Shown one piece after another: positions 42,100 through 52,696 of a stretch of DNA of 64,000 nt (position 1 is the stretch's first letter; every line of letters starts with the position of its first letter). The DNA is taken from NCBI GenBank assembly GCA_963761305.1, contig CAVXGK010000001.1, forward strand, positions 832,001 through 896,000. The letters are read 5' to 3'. The notes beneath the pieces are model-generated. The model saw only the letters and a program-made list of their open reading frames with translations, searched no databases and had not been told where the DNA came from. Both the position numbers and the translations under genes were made by a program. This DNA is from an uncultured Gemmatimonadaceae bacterium. Lineage in GTDB: Bacteria > Gemmatimonadota > Gemmatimonadetes > Gemmatimonadales > Gemmatimonadaceae.

Positions 42100-43307
42100 A
42101 CGCCGACGTCCTCGTCGTCGGCGGAGGTCCGGCCGGCTCGTCTCTCGCCGTGGCGTTGGCTCGCAAAGGCGTGGACGTGTTGCTCGTCGACCGCGCGCGA
42201 TTCCCGCGACCCAAGCCGTGCGCCGAGTATCTCAGTCCCGAGGCGTCGCGCGTGCTGGCGTCGATGGGCGCGCTCGAGCGCGTCGAGCGCTCGGGCGCCG
42301 CGGCGTTGTCGGGAGTTCGCGTGCGCGCCCCCAACGGCCTGGTGATCGCCGGCGATTTCGTAGCGCCGCACGGGTTCCGCGCCTACGCCGACCGCGGACT
42401 CTCCGTGCGGCGCGAAGTGCTGGACGAGATCCTGTTCGACTGCGCGCGAGAGGCCGGCGCGCGCGTCGTCGAAGGGTTGCGAATCGCCGACGTACTGCGC
42501 GACGCGTCCGGACGAATCATCGGCGCGCGGCCGCAGGGCGATGGCGCCGAGCCGATTCGCGCGCGATTCACCATCGCCGCCGACGGACTTCGCTCCGTCG
42601 TCGCCCGGCGACTCGACTTGACGAAGACGAAACGCTGGCCGCGCCGGCTTGCCCTCGTGACGCACTTCACCGGCGTGCGCGACGTGGGCGAACACGGCGA
42701 GATGCACGTCGAGCGCGACGGATACGTCGGCATCGCCGACGTGGGACACGGCGCGACGACGGTGGCGCTCGTCGTTCCGGCCTCGCATGCCAAAGCGATC
42801 TCGGCGAATCGCGAGGGTTTCCTCGATGCGTGGCTCGTCGCGCACCCGCACCTCGCCGAACGATTCATGCTCGCCGAGCGCGTGTCGCCGGTCGTCGTCA
42901 CCGGCCCCTTTGGCGCCTACAGCCGGCGCGCGTGGGCGCCGGGCGCAGCGCTCGTCGGCGATGCGGCGGATTTCTTCGACCCGTTCACCGGCGAAGGGAT
43001 CTATGCGGCGCTTCGCGGCGGGGAGCTGCTCGCCGACGCGCTCGTGGCCGGCCTTCGGGCTGACGACGGCGGTGAGGCCGCGTTGCGCGAGTACGATCGC
43101 GCCCGGCGCCGCGAGTTCGGCGGCAAATGGATCGTCGAACGCGTCATCGGCGCCGTAGTCGGATCACCGGCGCTGATCAATCGCGCCGCCAAGCGGCTGT
43201 CGGCGCGCAAAGACCTCGCCGATCTCCTGATCGGCGTCACCGGAAACTTCGTGCCGGCCAGCGAGGTCGTCCGGTGGTCGTATGTTTGGAAGGTCTTCGT
43301 CGGCTGA
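42096..43307 (+). CDS. FAD-dependent oxidoreductase/monooxygenase (geranylgeranyl-reductase-like fold)
   Basis: DVLVVGGGPAG, FPRPKPCAE, AADG, LVGDAA, DPFTGEGI; ATGA overlap. Confidence 0.9.
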   Translation: MNADVLVVGGGPAGSSLAVALARKGVDVLLVDRARFPRPKPCAEYLSPEASRVLASMGALERVERSGAAALSGVRVRAPNGLVIAGDFVAPHGFRAYADRGLSVRREVLDEILFDCAREAGARVVEGLRIADVLRDASGRIIGARPQGDGAEPIRARFTIAADGLRSVVARRLDLTKTKRWPRRLALVTHFTGVRDVGEHGEMHVERDGYVGIADVGHGATTVALVVPASHAKAISANREGFLDAWLVAHPHLAERFMLAERVSPVVVTGPFGAYSRRAWAPGAALVGDAADFFDPFTGEGIYAALRGGELLADALVAGLRADDGGEAALREYDRARRREFGGKWIVERVIGAVVGSPALINRAAKRLSARKDLADLLIGVTGNFVPASEVVRWSYVWKVFVG

Positions 43308-43311
43308 ACGG

Positions 43312-43788
43312 ATGGATTCTGACACTTTTCGCAGCGTCCTTGGGCGGTTCGCCTCGGGCGTCACGATTCTCACAGCCCGCGACACGACGGGCGCCGATCA
43401 CGGGATGACGGTGAGCGCCTTCTGCTCGCTGAGTCTCGAGCCGCCGCTCGTTCTCTTTTGTGTCGACCACGCGGCATCCATGCACGAACTGCTCGTGAGC
43501 GACCCGCCGCCCGTCTGTGGTATCAGCATTCTCTCGTCGGACCAGGAGGCCTGGTCGCGACGGTTTGCCGACGAGACCGAACAGCGGTTCGACGGCATCG
43601 CGTACTCGCGGGGCGAACACGGCGTCGTCCTCCTCGACGACGCGCTGGCGCATCTCGAGTGCACGATCCTCCAGCGCATCGAAGCCGGCGATCACACAGT
43701 GTTCATCGCGCAGCTCGAGCACGCGACAGCGCTCTACGGACATCCTCTGCTCTATTATCGCGGCGGCTATGCCCAAGTCGAGCGATGA
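43312..43788 (+). CDS. Flavin reductase (HpaC/RutF-like)
   Basis: FRSVLGRFASGVT, SLSLEPPL, GDHTVF, PLLYYRGGY. Confidence 0.93.
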   Translation: MDSDTFRSVLGRFASGVTILTARDTTGADHGMTVSAFCSLSLEPPLVLFCVDHAASMHELLVSDPPPVCGISILSSDQEAWSRRFADETEQRFDGIAYSRGEHGVVLLDDALAHLECTILQRIEAGDHTVFIAQLEHATALYGHPLLYYRGGYAQVER

Positions 43789-43813
43789 CGAAGACGACGC
43801 GCGGACTTGCACC

Positions 43814-44524
43814 GTGCTGACGCCGGCCCGCCGGCGCGGCGTCGAGCTGCTCGACGACCCGCGCGTCGATCCCGCCGACCGTCACGCGGCGCAGGACGAC
43901 ATCCGTCGCTCGAACGTGTGGCTCGGTGGACTGCGCGCCGCGCTCGCCGAGCTGCGCGCCGTCATCGCACCGCAGGACAACATGATCCTGCTCGACGTCG
44001 GCACAGGCCTCGCCGACATACTCACTGAGGCGGCGCGCGAGGTACGGAGAGCGGGGGGCACGCTGACCACGATCGGCGTCGACGGCTCGATCTCGCTGCT
44101 CACCGCCGCACGCGATTCGACCACCGGCATGGTGTGCGCCGACGCCCTCACGCTACCGTTTCGCGACCACAGCGTCGACGTCGCGATGTGCTCGCAGCTG
44201 CTCCATCATTTCGCCGACGCGGACATCGACCGTCTGTTGAGGGAGTTGCACCGTGTGTCGCGCCGCGCCGTCGTCATCTGCGATCTGCGGCGAAGCTGGC
44301 TGGCCGCCGCTGGATTCTGGCTGGTGTCGTTCCCGATGCGCTTTCACCGCATCACGCGTCACGACGGCGTCGTCTCGGTGCTGCGCGGCTTCACCGCCGC
44401 CGAGCTCCGCCGGCACGTGAGGGCTGCGACCGGCGCGTCGCCGCGCGTGAAACGCCGGCTCGGTTTTCGGCTCACGGCGCGATGGACGCCCGCCAACGGG
44501 TCGAACATCGCGAGCGTCTCGTGA
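43814..44524 (+). CDS. Class I SAM-dependent methyltransferase
   Basis: ELLDD, LDVGTG, LLHHF, DLRRS. Alternative start at 43769. Confidence 0.88.
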   Translation: MLTPARRRGVELLDDPRVDPADRHAAQDDIRRSNVWLGGLRAALAELRAVIAPQDNMILLDVGTGLADILTEAAREVRRAGGTLTTIGVDGSISLLTAARDSTTGMVCADALTLPFRDHSVDVAMCSQLLHHFADADIDRLLRELHRVSRRAVVICDLRRSWLAAAGFWLVSFPMRFHRITRHDGVVSVLRGFTAAELRRHVRAATGASPRVKRRLGFRLTARWTPANGSNIASVS

Positions 44525-45090
44525 ACGACGCCCCTCCGCACGACCTTGGCCCAATGCCGACCAACCGCTCGCTGCGGACGGTCGACGAGCGCATCGTGAA
44601 AGCGCCGCCGAGCCGTATCTTCACGCTCGCGGCGGACGTGGAACGATGGCCGGCGCACTTGCCGCACTACCGCTTCGTGCGCTTCAACGAGCGACGGCGC
44701 GACGGCGGTGGTACGGTCGAGATGTCGGCGAACCGGCCGTTCGGTCCGGTGGACTGGCCCACTTGGTGGATGTCGCTGATGTCCGTGACCCCCCCGTCGA
44801 GCTCGACTCGAGGCTCGATTCGGTTCCGGCACGTTCGTGGCGTGACGAGCGGCATGGAAGTCGAGTGGACCTTCGACCCACACCAGGTCGGAACCTTGGT
44901 TCGCATCGTACATGTCTGGAACGGGCCTCCGTGGCCTCTGATTGGTGGATTGGCGGCGCACGCGGTGATCGGGCCCGTGTTCGTGCACGGCATCGCGTCG
45001 CGAACTCTTGCCGGCCTCGGCCAAGCGGCCGAACGTACCGGCGAGTTTGGAAACGGCGTTGGCTCATCGAGAGAGGTGTCGAGTGGATGA
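44521..45090 (+). CDS. SRPBCC/START-fold polyketide cyclase/aromatase-like protein
   Basis: IFTLAADVERWPAHLPHY, IRFRH, GMEVEWTF; GTGA overlap with the methyltransferase. Confidence 0.82.
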   Translation: MNDAPPHDLGPMPTNRSLRTVDERIVKAPPSRIFTLAADVERWPAHLPHYRFVRFNERRRDGGGTVEMSANRPFGPVDWPTWWMSLMSVTPPSSSTRGSIRFRHVRGVTSGMEVEWTFDPHQVGTLVRIVHVWNGPPWPLIGGLAAHAVIGPVFVHGIASRTLAGLGQAAERTGEFGNGVGSSREVSSG

Positions 45091-46324
45091 TCGTCGGCGG
45101 GTCGTGGTCACCGGTATCGGGGCGGTCACGCCGATCGGCATCACGCGCAGCGCGATGTGGGACGGCTTGCTCGCTGGCCGCTCCGCCGTGCGTCCCGTCA
45201 CGCGGTTCGACGCGTCGATCTATCGCAGCCAGATCGCCGCCGAGATCGACTTTCATCCGACGGATTTCATCGAGGAGCGGAAGGTCAAGCGTCTCGATCG
45301 CTACGGGCAATTCACCGTCGCGTGTTCGCGGCTCGCGATCGAGGACGCGCACCTCGACATGAGCGTCGAAGATCACGAGCGCGTCGGCTCGACGATGGGA
45401 AGCGCGCTGGGCGGCGTCGGGTTCGCCGAAGAGCAGTTCGGCGTCTTTCTCACGCAGGGCATCAAGAACGTCGCGGTCTCGTTGGCGACGAACGTCTTCG
45501 GCGGGGCGGCGAGTTGCAACGTCGCGATCGAATTCGGCGCGCAGGGGCCGAACAGCACGAACGCGATGAGCTGCGCGTCGGGCACCATGGGCATCGGCGA
45601 AGGGTTTCGCCAGATCCGCGACGATTACGCCGACGTGATGATCTGCGGCGGCATCGAGGCGCCGCTCAACCAGCTCTGCTTCGGCGCGTTCGCGTTGATT
45701 CGCGCCATGTCGACGCGCAACGACGACCCGGGCCACGCGTCGCGCCCGTTCGACCGCGACCGCGACGGATTCGTCATGGGTGAAGGCGCCGCGGTGCTCG
45801 TGCTCGAGGAATACGAGCGCGCCAAATCGCGCGGCGCGCACATCTACGCCGAGGTCTGCGGCTACGCGTTCTGCAACGACGCGCACCACATGACCGCGCC
45901 GCGTCCCGACGGCTCGCAGGCCGCGCGCGCCATTCGCGGCGCGCTCAAGGACGCTCGGGTCGAGCCACACGAGATTCAATACGTCAACGCCCACGGCAGC
46001 AGCACGCCGCTCAACGATCCGACCGAAACGCGGGCGATCAAGACCGTGTTCGGCGACCACGCCGCCAAGCTGCAGGTGAGCAGCACCAAGGCGTACTACG
46101 GACACGCGCTCGGCGCGTCCGGTGCCATGGAGGCGGCCATCTGCGCGATGGCGCTCGAGCACGAATGGCTTCCGCCAACGCTCAACCTCGAGGACCCGGG
46201 CGACGGCTGCGACCTCGATTACATCCCGGGCGTGGGTCGCAATTCGCGCGTCGACTACATCGTCAGCAACTCCTTCGGGTTCGGCGGCATAAACGCCGCC
46301 TTAGTGCTGAAGCGCGCCGACTGA
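45083..46324 (+). CDS. FabF-type beta-ketoacyl-ACP synthase
   Basis: RVVVTGIG, SCASG (Cys), SRPFD, GEGA, NAHGSST, GHALGA, SNSFGFGG. Confidence 0.93.
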   Translation: MDDRRRVVVTGIGAVTPIGITRSAMWDGLLAGRSAVRPVTRFDASIYRSQIAAEIDFHPTDFIEERKVKRLDRYGQFTVACSRLAIEDAHLDMSVEDHERVGSTMGSALGGVGFAEEQFGVFLTQGIKNVAVSLATNVFGGAASCNVAIEFGAQGPNSTNAMSCASGTMGIGEGFRQIRDDYADVMICGGIEAPLNQLCFGAFALIRAMSTRNDDPGHASRPFDRDRDGFVMGEGAAVLVLEEYERAKSRGAHIYAEVCGYAFCNDAHHMTAPRPDGSQAARAIRGALKDARVEPHEIQYVNAHGSSTPLNDPTETRAIKTVFGDHAAKLQVSSTKAYYGHALGASGAMEAAICAMALEHEWLPPTLNLEDPGDGCDLDYIPGVGRNSRVDYIVSNSFGFGGINAALVLKRAD

Positions 46325-46357
46325 GGGGCGAACGGACGCCGATGATGGTATAGTTAC

Positions 46358-46390
46358 AGCGCCGCGGGGCCGGACTCCGCGGCGCTTTTT
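46358..46390 (+). terminator. Intrinsic terminator of the DUF92-to-KS operon
   Basis: AGCGCCGCGG-N9-CCGCGGCGCT followed by TTTT, 34 nt after the stop. Confidence 0.75.
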
Positions 46391-46420
46391 CGTCCTGCAC
46401 CCTCAGCTCGGAACCCATCA

Positions 46421-47125
46421 ATGAAAGACACGTGGCGCCACTTCGTGGCCGAATTCGTGGGGACGTTCGCGCTGGTGTTCGTCGGTGGTGGTACGATCAT
46501 CACGAGTCCGCTGGTGCAATCGCAGGCGACGGTGTTGAGCGTCGCGCTCGCGCACGGCCTCATCCTCGCGCTTCTCGTCAGCGCGACGATGAACATCTCG
46601 GGCGGACATTTGAATCCGGCCGTCACGACCGGCTTCCTCGTGACCGGACGCATCGATCCGATGATGGCCGTGATTCACTGGATCGCGCAGTTCCTCGGAG
46701 CGATCATCGCCGCGTACGCGCTCAAGGCGCTGTTCCCATCCGCGGTCGCCACCGTGACGATGCTCGGCGGCCAGCGTGTTTCCGCCGACACGACGTTCAT
46801 GCAGGCGATCGGTCTCGAGGCCATCGCGACGTTCTTCCTCGTTTTCGTCGTCTTTGGAACGGCCGTCGATCCGCGCGCGCCCAAGCTCGGCGGCATGGCG
46901 ATCGGCCTCACGATCGCCGCGGACATTCTCGCGATTGGCCCGCTCACCGGCGGGTCGATGAATCCGGCGCGTTCGTTTGGGCCGGCCGTCGTTTCGCACG
47001 TTTTCGAGGGTCAGATGGTGTACTGGATCGGACCGCTCCTCGGCGGAATCGTCGCGGCGCTGTTGTACGACCGGCTGTTCCTGCGGAACGGCTCGCCCAG
47101 CGCGGCGGGCGCCCCAGCCGCCTGA
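46421..47125 (+). CDS. MIP-family aquaporin
   Basis: SGGHLNPAVT and SMNPARSFGP. Confidence 0.95.
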   Translation: MKDTWRHFVAEFVGTFALVFVGGGTIITSPLVQSQATVLSVALAHGLILALLVSATMNISGGHLNPAVTTGFLVTGRIDPMMAVIHWIAQFLGAIIAAYALKALFPSAVATVTMLGGQRVSADTTFMQAIGLEAIATFFLVFVVFGTAVDPRAPKLGGMAIGLTIAADILAIGPLTGGSMNPARSFGPAVVSHVFEGQMVYWIGPLLGGIVAALLYDRLFLRNGSPSAAGAPAA

Positions 47126-47161
47126 TCGGCGGTCGGCGCGCGCGGCCGGTATCTTCCCGGA

Positions 47162-47818
47162 ATGACGGACGCACCGCTCTCCGCCCTCTCGCGCGCTCGC
47201 GAACAGAAGATCAGCGAGCTCTCACAGCACTTCGCAAATGACGATCTGTCGCTCGACGACCTCGAGCGACGGATCGAGCGGGTGTACAAGGCGGCGAACC
47301 TTTCCGAGCTGGACGCGATCACGTCCGACCTGCGCGCGCCGCTCCTGGCTCCCGCCAACGTCATCGTGCCGTCGTTGGCGCCGATGACGAACGCGACGTC
47401 CTATTCGGACGAGGGCGTTCCGACGCGGCGTACCCGCATTCTCGCCGTGATGAGCGAGTCCAAACGGACCGGGCGTTGGCTCGTGCCGCCGCGCGTGGAC
47501 GTCGTGTCTCTGATGGCCGATACGAAGATCGACCTCACGAGCGCCGTGCTCCCGCCCGGCGGCGCCGAGTTTCATGTGCGCTCGATCTGGGCCGCCTGCA
47601 AGATCATCGTCCCGCCGGAGATGCGCGTGATCAACGAGATGCACGCGATCATGGCAAGCGTGACGAGCAAGGCCGACGAGATGGATGCGGAGGGAACCGT
47701 GCACCGCGGGCCGACGCTGCGCCTCACCGGGACGGCGTTCATGGCCGAGGTGAAGGTCGTCGTGCGCCGCCGCGAGGAAGCACTCGCCGAGCTCTCGGAC
47801 GACGACGACGACGACTAG
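47162..47818 (+). CDS. DUF1707 (SHOCT-like) domain protein with LiaF-like C-terminus
   Basis: REQKISELSQHFANDDLSLDDLERR..ELDAITSDL; KIDLTSA..KIIVPP. Confidence 0.8.
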   Translation: MTDAPLSALSRAREQKISELSQHFANDDLSLDDLERRIERVYKAANLSELDAITSDLRAPLLAPANVIVPSLAPMTNATSYSDEGVPTRRTRILAVMSESKRTGRWLVPPRVDVVSLMADTKIDLTSAVLPPGGAEFHVRSIWAACKIIVPPEMRVINEMHAIMASVTSKADEMDAEGTVHRGPTLRLTGTAFMAEVKVVVRRREEALAELSDDDDDD

Positions 47819-47885
47819 CGCGCTCGGTCAGGGGAGCAACACGCCGGCGATGCGCACCAGCCAGCCGAATCGTTGATCTCACTGC

Positions 47886-48106
47886 CGGCCACTCTGAGGT
47901 CCGTCGCCTGGGTGGTTCGGCTGCGGGGTCGACGACGGTGGCAGCCATCAGACCGCAGACATCGGTTTCGGCGTGACACGGCGGAGCTGGCGGGACGATG
48001 ACGACGGTCTCGGCGAGCGCTGGTCTGATTTCCGATGTCGGAGGTCGGCCGTCAGTCGTCGAGCGAACCACGTGGCTTAGTGGCCACTCGACGCTCAGAG
48101 TGGCCG
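47886..48106. repeat. 221-bp non-coding segment bounded by 13-bp perfect inverted repeats (MITE/REP-like)
   Basis: CGGCCACTCTGAG (47886-47898) and CTCAGAGTGGCCG (48094-48106); internal TCnGnnn heptamers. Confidence 0.55.
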
Positions 48107-48131
48107 AGCCCCCATCACGGCTCGCTGGCGT

Positions 48132-48674
48132 TCACGGCCCCAGGCGCATGTACGCTGCGTCGTACCTGGCGATCGAATCGGCGATCACTTTCATGGCTTC
48201 ATCGCTCTTCGCCCAGCCTTCGATCTGCACGCGCTTTCCTTCGAGATCCTTGTAGGTCGAGAAGAAGTACTGGACCTCGGTCAGCACGTGCCGCGGAATG
48301 TCCGCAATGTCGAACACGTCGTCGTAGTAGGGATCTTTCAGCGCCGCCGCGAGAATTTTGTCGTCCGGTTCTCCGCGATCCCGCATGCGCAGCACGCCGA
48401 GCGGGCGCACGTCGATCATGCAACCGGGGAACGTCGGTTCCTTCACGAGCACGAGCACGTCGAGCGGATCGCCGTCCTCGTGCAGCGTGCGCGGAATGAG
48501 GCCGTAATCGCCCGGATAGTGAACCGCGGAGTAGAGCACGCGGTCCAGCTTCATGATTCCGGTTTTCTTGTCGAGCTCGTATTTGTTGCGGCTACCCAAC
48601 GGGATTTCGATGACGGCGGTGACTTCTTCCGGCGGGTGCGGACCCGGCGGAAGGTCATGCCAATAGTGGATCAT
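48132..48674 (-). CDS. ppa: Family I inorganic pyrophosphatase
   Basis: IEIP, NKYE, YPGDYG, DGDPLD, DDK, YKDLE. Confidence 0.95.
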   Translation of the reverse strand: MIHYWHDLPPGPHPPEEVTAVIEIPLGSRNKYELDKKTGIMKLDRVLYSAVHYPGDYGLIPRTLHEDGDPLDVLVLVKEPTFPGCMIDVRPLGVLRMRDRGEPDDKILAAALKDPYYDDVFDIADIPRHVLTEVQYFFSTYKDLEGKRVQIEGWAKSDEAMKVIADSIARYDAAYMRLGP

Positions 48675-49721
48675 GACGCCCGCGAGGCCACGCCGTCCCG
48701 CGTCATGGTGCCTTTGTACGCCATCGGCGGCTCTTCGACACCGAAGTTTCCCGTCGCCAATTCGGCGACCCGCTCCATCTCACCGGGAGTGAGATCCGGC
48801 GCATCGCTCGCCGCCGCGAACTCGGCGAGCTGCTCATCGTCGTAAACGTTCGGCAGCGTGGTCACGACGCGGGGTTCGGCGAGCAGCCACTTGAGCGCCG
48901 CCTGGCCGAGCGTCATCCGCTTCGCGAGGAAGTCGAGCGTTTTGACTTTCTTGATGCCGTTGACCAGCCAGGATCGCGGGCGATGCCGCCGGTGGTCGTG
49001 CTCGGGGAAGACCGTGTCTTCGGTGTACTTCCCTTCGAGCATGCCCGACGCGTGCGTCACGCGGATGTTGAAGCAGCAGTTCGGGGCATGCCGCTTCGCC
49101 GCCTCGATCATCGCCGTGCCCGGATGCTGCTCGAGCACGTTCCAGATCATCTGGATCGTGTCGATGTCCGGCTCGCGCTCCACAAGGTCCGCGGCTTCGT
49201 ACAACCAACCAATGGCCGGACCGAACGCGGCCCCCCACGCCCGAATCTTCCCTTCCCGCTTGAGCTGCCGGAACGTGTCCCACAGCTCGCGGTCGTGCAC
49301 ATGCTCCATCTTCGCGTTGTGCAGCTGGAGCACGTCGATGTAGTCGGTCTCGAGGCGCTCGAGACACTTGTCGACGGCGAAGCGCAGGAACGCCGGATCG
49401 GTTCGCATCGGCAGCTCCGACTGCCCGCGGCGAGCTTTCTGCGCCGCCTCGTCGTATATGTCGTAGCCGACCTTGGTCGCGATCACGACTTCATTGCGAC
49501 GCCCGCGAAATGCCTCGGCGATCTGGCGCTCGGCGCGGCCGTTGCCGTAGGCATCCGCCGCGTCGAAGAACGTCACGCCGTGATCGTCGAGCGCGCGGCG
49601 CAGCATCGCCACGGCGTCGGCGTCCGTCTTCTCGCCCCACCAGCCGGTGGAGATGGTCCACGTGCCGAACCCGACTTCGCTCACGCGAATGTCGCGTGCC
49701 GGGAAAAGTCCGGTATCGCAT
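48671..49721 (-). CDS. Aldo/keto reductase with a 1-nt frameshift near 49695
   Basis: Likely true start MRYRTFPGT in one frame, continuing as DIRVSEVGFG, DAADAYG, IATKVG, LETDYIDVLQLH in the next. Confidence 0.9.
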
Positions 49722-49788
49722 GCCAAGAAGTCTAACGGGTGGCTGACGGGTACGTTTGCGTTGCATCTTTGTTCAGCCTCACCCCGCC

Positions 49789-52671
49789 ATGGCGATCACC
49801 GACCACCAAGCGAAGTACTTCGCCCACGAGCTCACCCGCCGGTTCCCGTCGGATTCCGAGGCGCGGCTGGCAGGCGCCCTCGTCGACGCCGTCGTCGACC
49901 TTAACCCGCACCAGGTCGACGCGGCGCTGTTCGCGTTTCGGTCTCCCCTCGCGAAGGGCGCTCTTCTCGCAGATGAGGTGGGACTAGGCAAGACGATCGA
50001 AGCCGGGCTCGTCATCTCGCAGCGCTGGGCTGAAAAGCGCCGGAGGATCCTGGTTGTCACCCCCGCGAACCTGCGCAAGCAGTGGTTTCAGGAGCTGACG
50101 GAGAAGTTCTCGCTGCCCTGCCGCATCCTCGAGGCGCGTTCGTTCAATCAAGCGCTGAAGGACGGGAAGATCCGGCCCTTCGATGGACCGGACGTCGTTA
50201 TCTGCTCCTACCAGTTCGCTCGGAGCAAGGAAGCCGACGTCGCGGCGACCCCGTGGGACCTCGTGGTCATCGACGAAGCCCATCGCCTGCGCAACGTCTA
50301 CAAGCCGTCCAACGTCATCTCGAACTCGCTCAAGCGCGCGTTCGGATCGTCCAACAAGCTACTGCTCACGGCGACGCCGCTCCAGAATTCGCTGCTCGAG
50401 CTGTACGGGCTCGTGAGCTTCATCGACGAGCACACCTTCGGCGATGTCCGCAGCTTCCGTGAGCAGTTTCTCGACGCTCGACGACGACGCCGTCTTTCGC
50501 GCGCTGAAGGAATCGTCTGCTACCGATCTGCCATCGCACCCTGCGGCGTCAGGTCGCGCCGTATATCTCGTACACCAAGCGTCGGCCGATCGTCGAAGGA
50601 TCGTTCACGCCGGACGACAGCGAGGATCGCCTCTACGACGCCGTCTCGGAGTATCTGCGGCGACCGAAACTCTCCAGCCCTGCCAGCGCAGCAGCGGACC
50701 CTGATCACGCTGGTTCTCCGCAAACTGCTCGCGTCGTCCACGTTCGCCATCGCGGGCGCGCTGCGATACCATGGCGGAGAACCTGAGAGCGAAGTTTCGC
50801 ACGGCGACTCCGAAGGAGCCGGTCGAAGACGCGCTCGGCGATGACTACGAGGCCCTCGACGAGTCCGCCGATGAGTGGGAGGCCGACAGCGGCGCCGACG
50901 AGGTGACCAATGGCAACCGAACCGCGATCGAAAAGGAGATCGCCGACCTCGACGCCTTCGCCGCGCTGGCGGGCGAGAATCCAACACAACGCAAAAGGCC
51001 GTGCGCTCCTCACGGCTCTGCAAGACGGCTTTCAACGAAAGCACGGAAGCTCGGCGCCGCCGGAAAAGGCGATCATCTTCACGGAATCGCGGCGCACGCA
51101 GCAATACTTGCTCCGCGTGCTCGCCGACAGGCGGCTAGCGTCCGAAGACATCGTCCTCTTCAACGGCTCGAACACCGACGACAGCTCCAAGGCGATCTAT
51201 GCGTCGTGGGCTGGCGCGGCACGCCGGCACGGATCGCGTCACGGGCTCTCGTAGCGCCGACATGCGCTCGGCGCTCGTCGACCAGTTCCGCGAGCGACGC
51301 GCAGATCATGATCGCGACCGAGGCCGGCGGCGGAGGGAATCAATCTCCAGTTCTGCTCATTGGTCGTGAACTACGACCTGCCGTGGAACCCGCAGCGCAT
51401 CGAGCAGCGAATCGGCCGCTGCCATCGCTACGGGCAGAAGCACGACGTGGTCGTCGTGAACTTTCTCAATCGAAAGAACGAAGCCGACGAGCGCGTGTTC
51501 GAGCTGCTCTCGGAGAAGTTCCAGTTGTTCGACGGAATCTTCGGATCGAGCGACGAGGTTCTGGGCGCGATCGAATCGGGCGTGGATTTCGAGAAACGCA
51601 TCGCCGACGATCTATCAGGACTGCCGGCATCCCGACGATATCAAGGCGCATTCGACAAGCTGCAGCTCGAATTGAGCCTAGAGATCAACGAGACGATGAC
51701 CGACGCGCGACGCAAGCTGCTCGAGAACTTCGACGACGAAGTGCGCGAGAAGCTCAAGATGAGAGCACGACGCAGTCGCAGGAAGAACGGGGCCGGTTAG
51801 AGAGAGCTCTTGATGACAGCTCACTCGCTATGAGCTGACGTGACGTCGCCGACTTCGGAACGGACGGCGGCTTCGATGCTGAAGGCGTCGCTGAGTCCTA
51901 GCGACGACTCGCGCGGGAAGGTACGAGCTGCCACGCGCAGCGGGGGAATAGACACCTCTATCGGCTCGGCCACGCTGGCAGAGTGAGGTGCTGTCGCGGG
52001 GCTAAGCAACGACGTTGCGCGGCGTAGAGATCGAATTCGACGGCGGTCCGGCTACGCGGGCAAGAACACACTGCTCGATGGGTTGGTCGGGAAGTCTGGT
52101 TGGATGTCGGCGTCGCTCTTTTAGGTAGAGTCCTTCGACAGGCAGGAAGATCACGTGATCTCGTCGCTCGGCTCGACGACGGAACGTCGTTGACGCCAGC
52201 GTATTGCCGCGCGATGCTCCGTGAAAGGAGCGCCTCCGCCGGCGATGTCGTGAGGCGCCAGAGATTGATTCGGCGCTTCGGTCGGCAGTTCAGCGGCGCG
52301 GCGCGGACATAGAGCTTGGCATCTCGGAGCGGAACGCTTCGGTTTTTCGAGGACGAAGTCGACGAAGCTCGACGGCTGGGCGGACGACCTGAAGCTGGCG
52401 CTCGAGCGCGAGCTGAAGGAGCTCGAGAAGAAAGATCAAGGAAGTGCGACGCTCGGCGTCGGGCGCGCTGACGCTCGAGGAGAAGCTCGCGTTCAGAAGG
52501 TAGGTGAAGGCGCTCGAGGCGCAGCGCAACGAGAAGCGGAAGCGGCTGTTCGACGCGCAGGACGACGTCGACCGCCGGCGCGGGGAGCTGATCGAGCAGA
52601 TCGAGGCGAAGCTGCGGCAGGAAACTGCGTTCGAGGAACTGTTCACCATCAGATGGTCGCTCTGCGCGTGA
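49789..52671 (+). pseudogene. SNF2/RapA-like helicase (type III RM-associated), 10 or more frame changes as read (decay or read errors)
   Basis: [69 protein letters not shown], coiled-coil tail ending LFTIRW, spread over several frames. Confidence 0.88.
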
Positions 52672-52696
52672 GCGGCTCTATCGAGGACATACGTCG

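Noticed and set aside
46325..46420. Riboswitch or attenuator upstream of the aquaporin
   Set aside because: No recognisable aptamer; the hairpin and U-tract fit the upstream operon's terminator.
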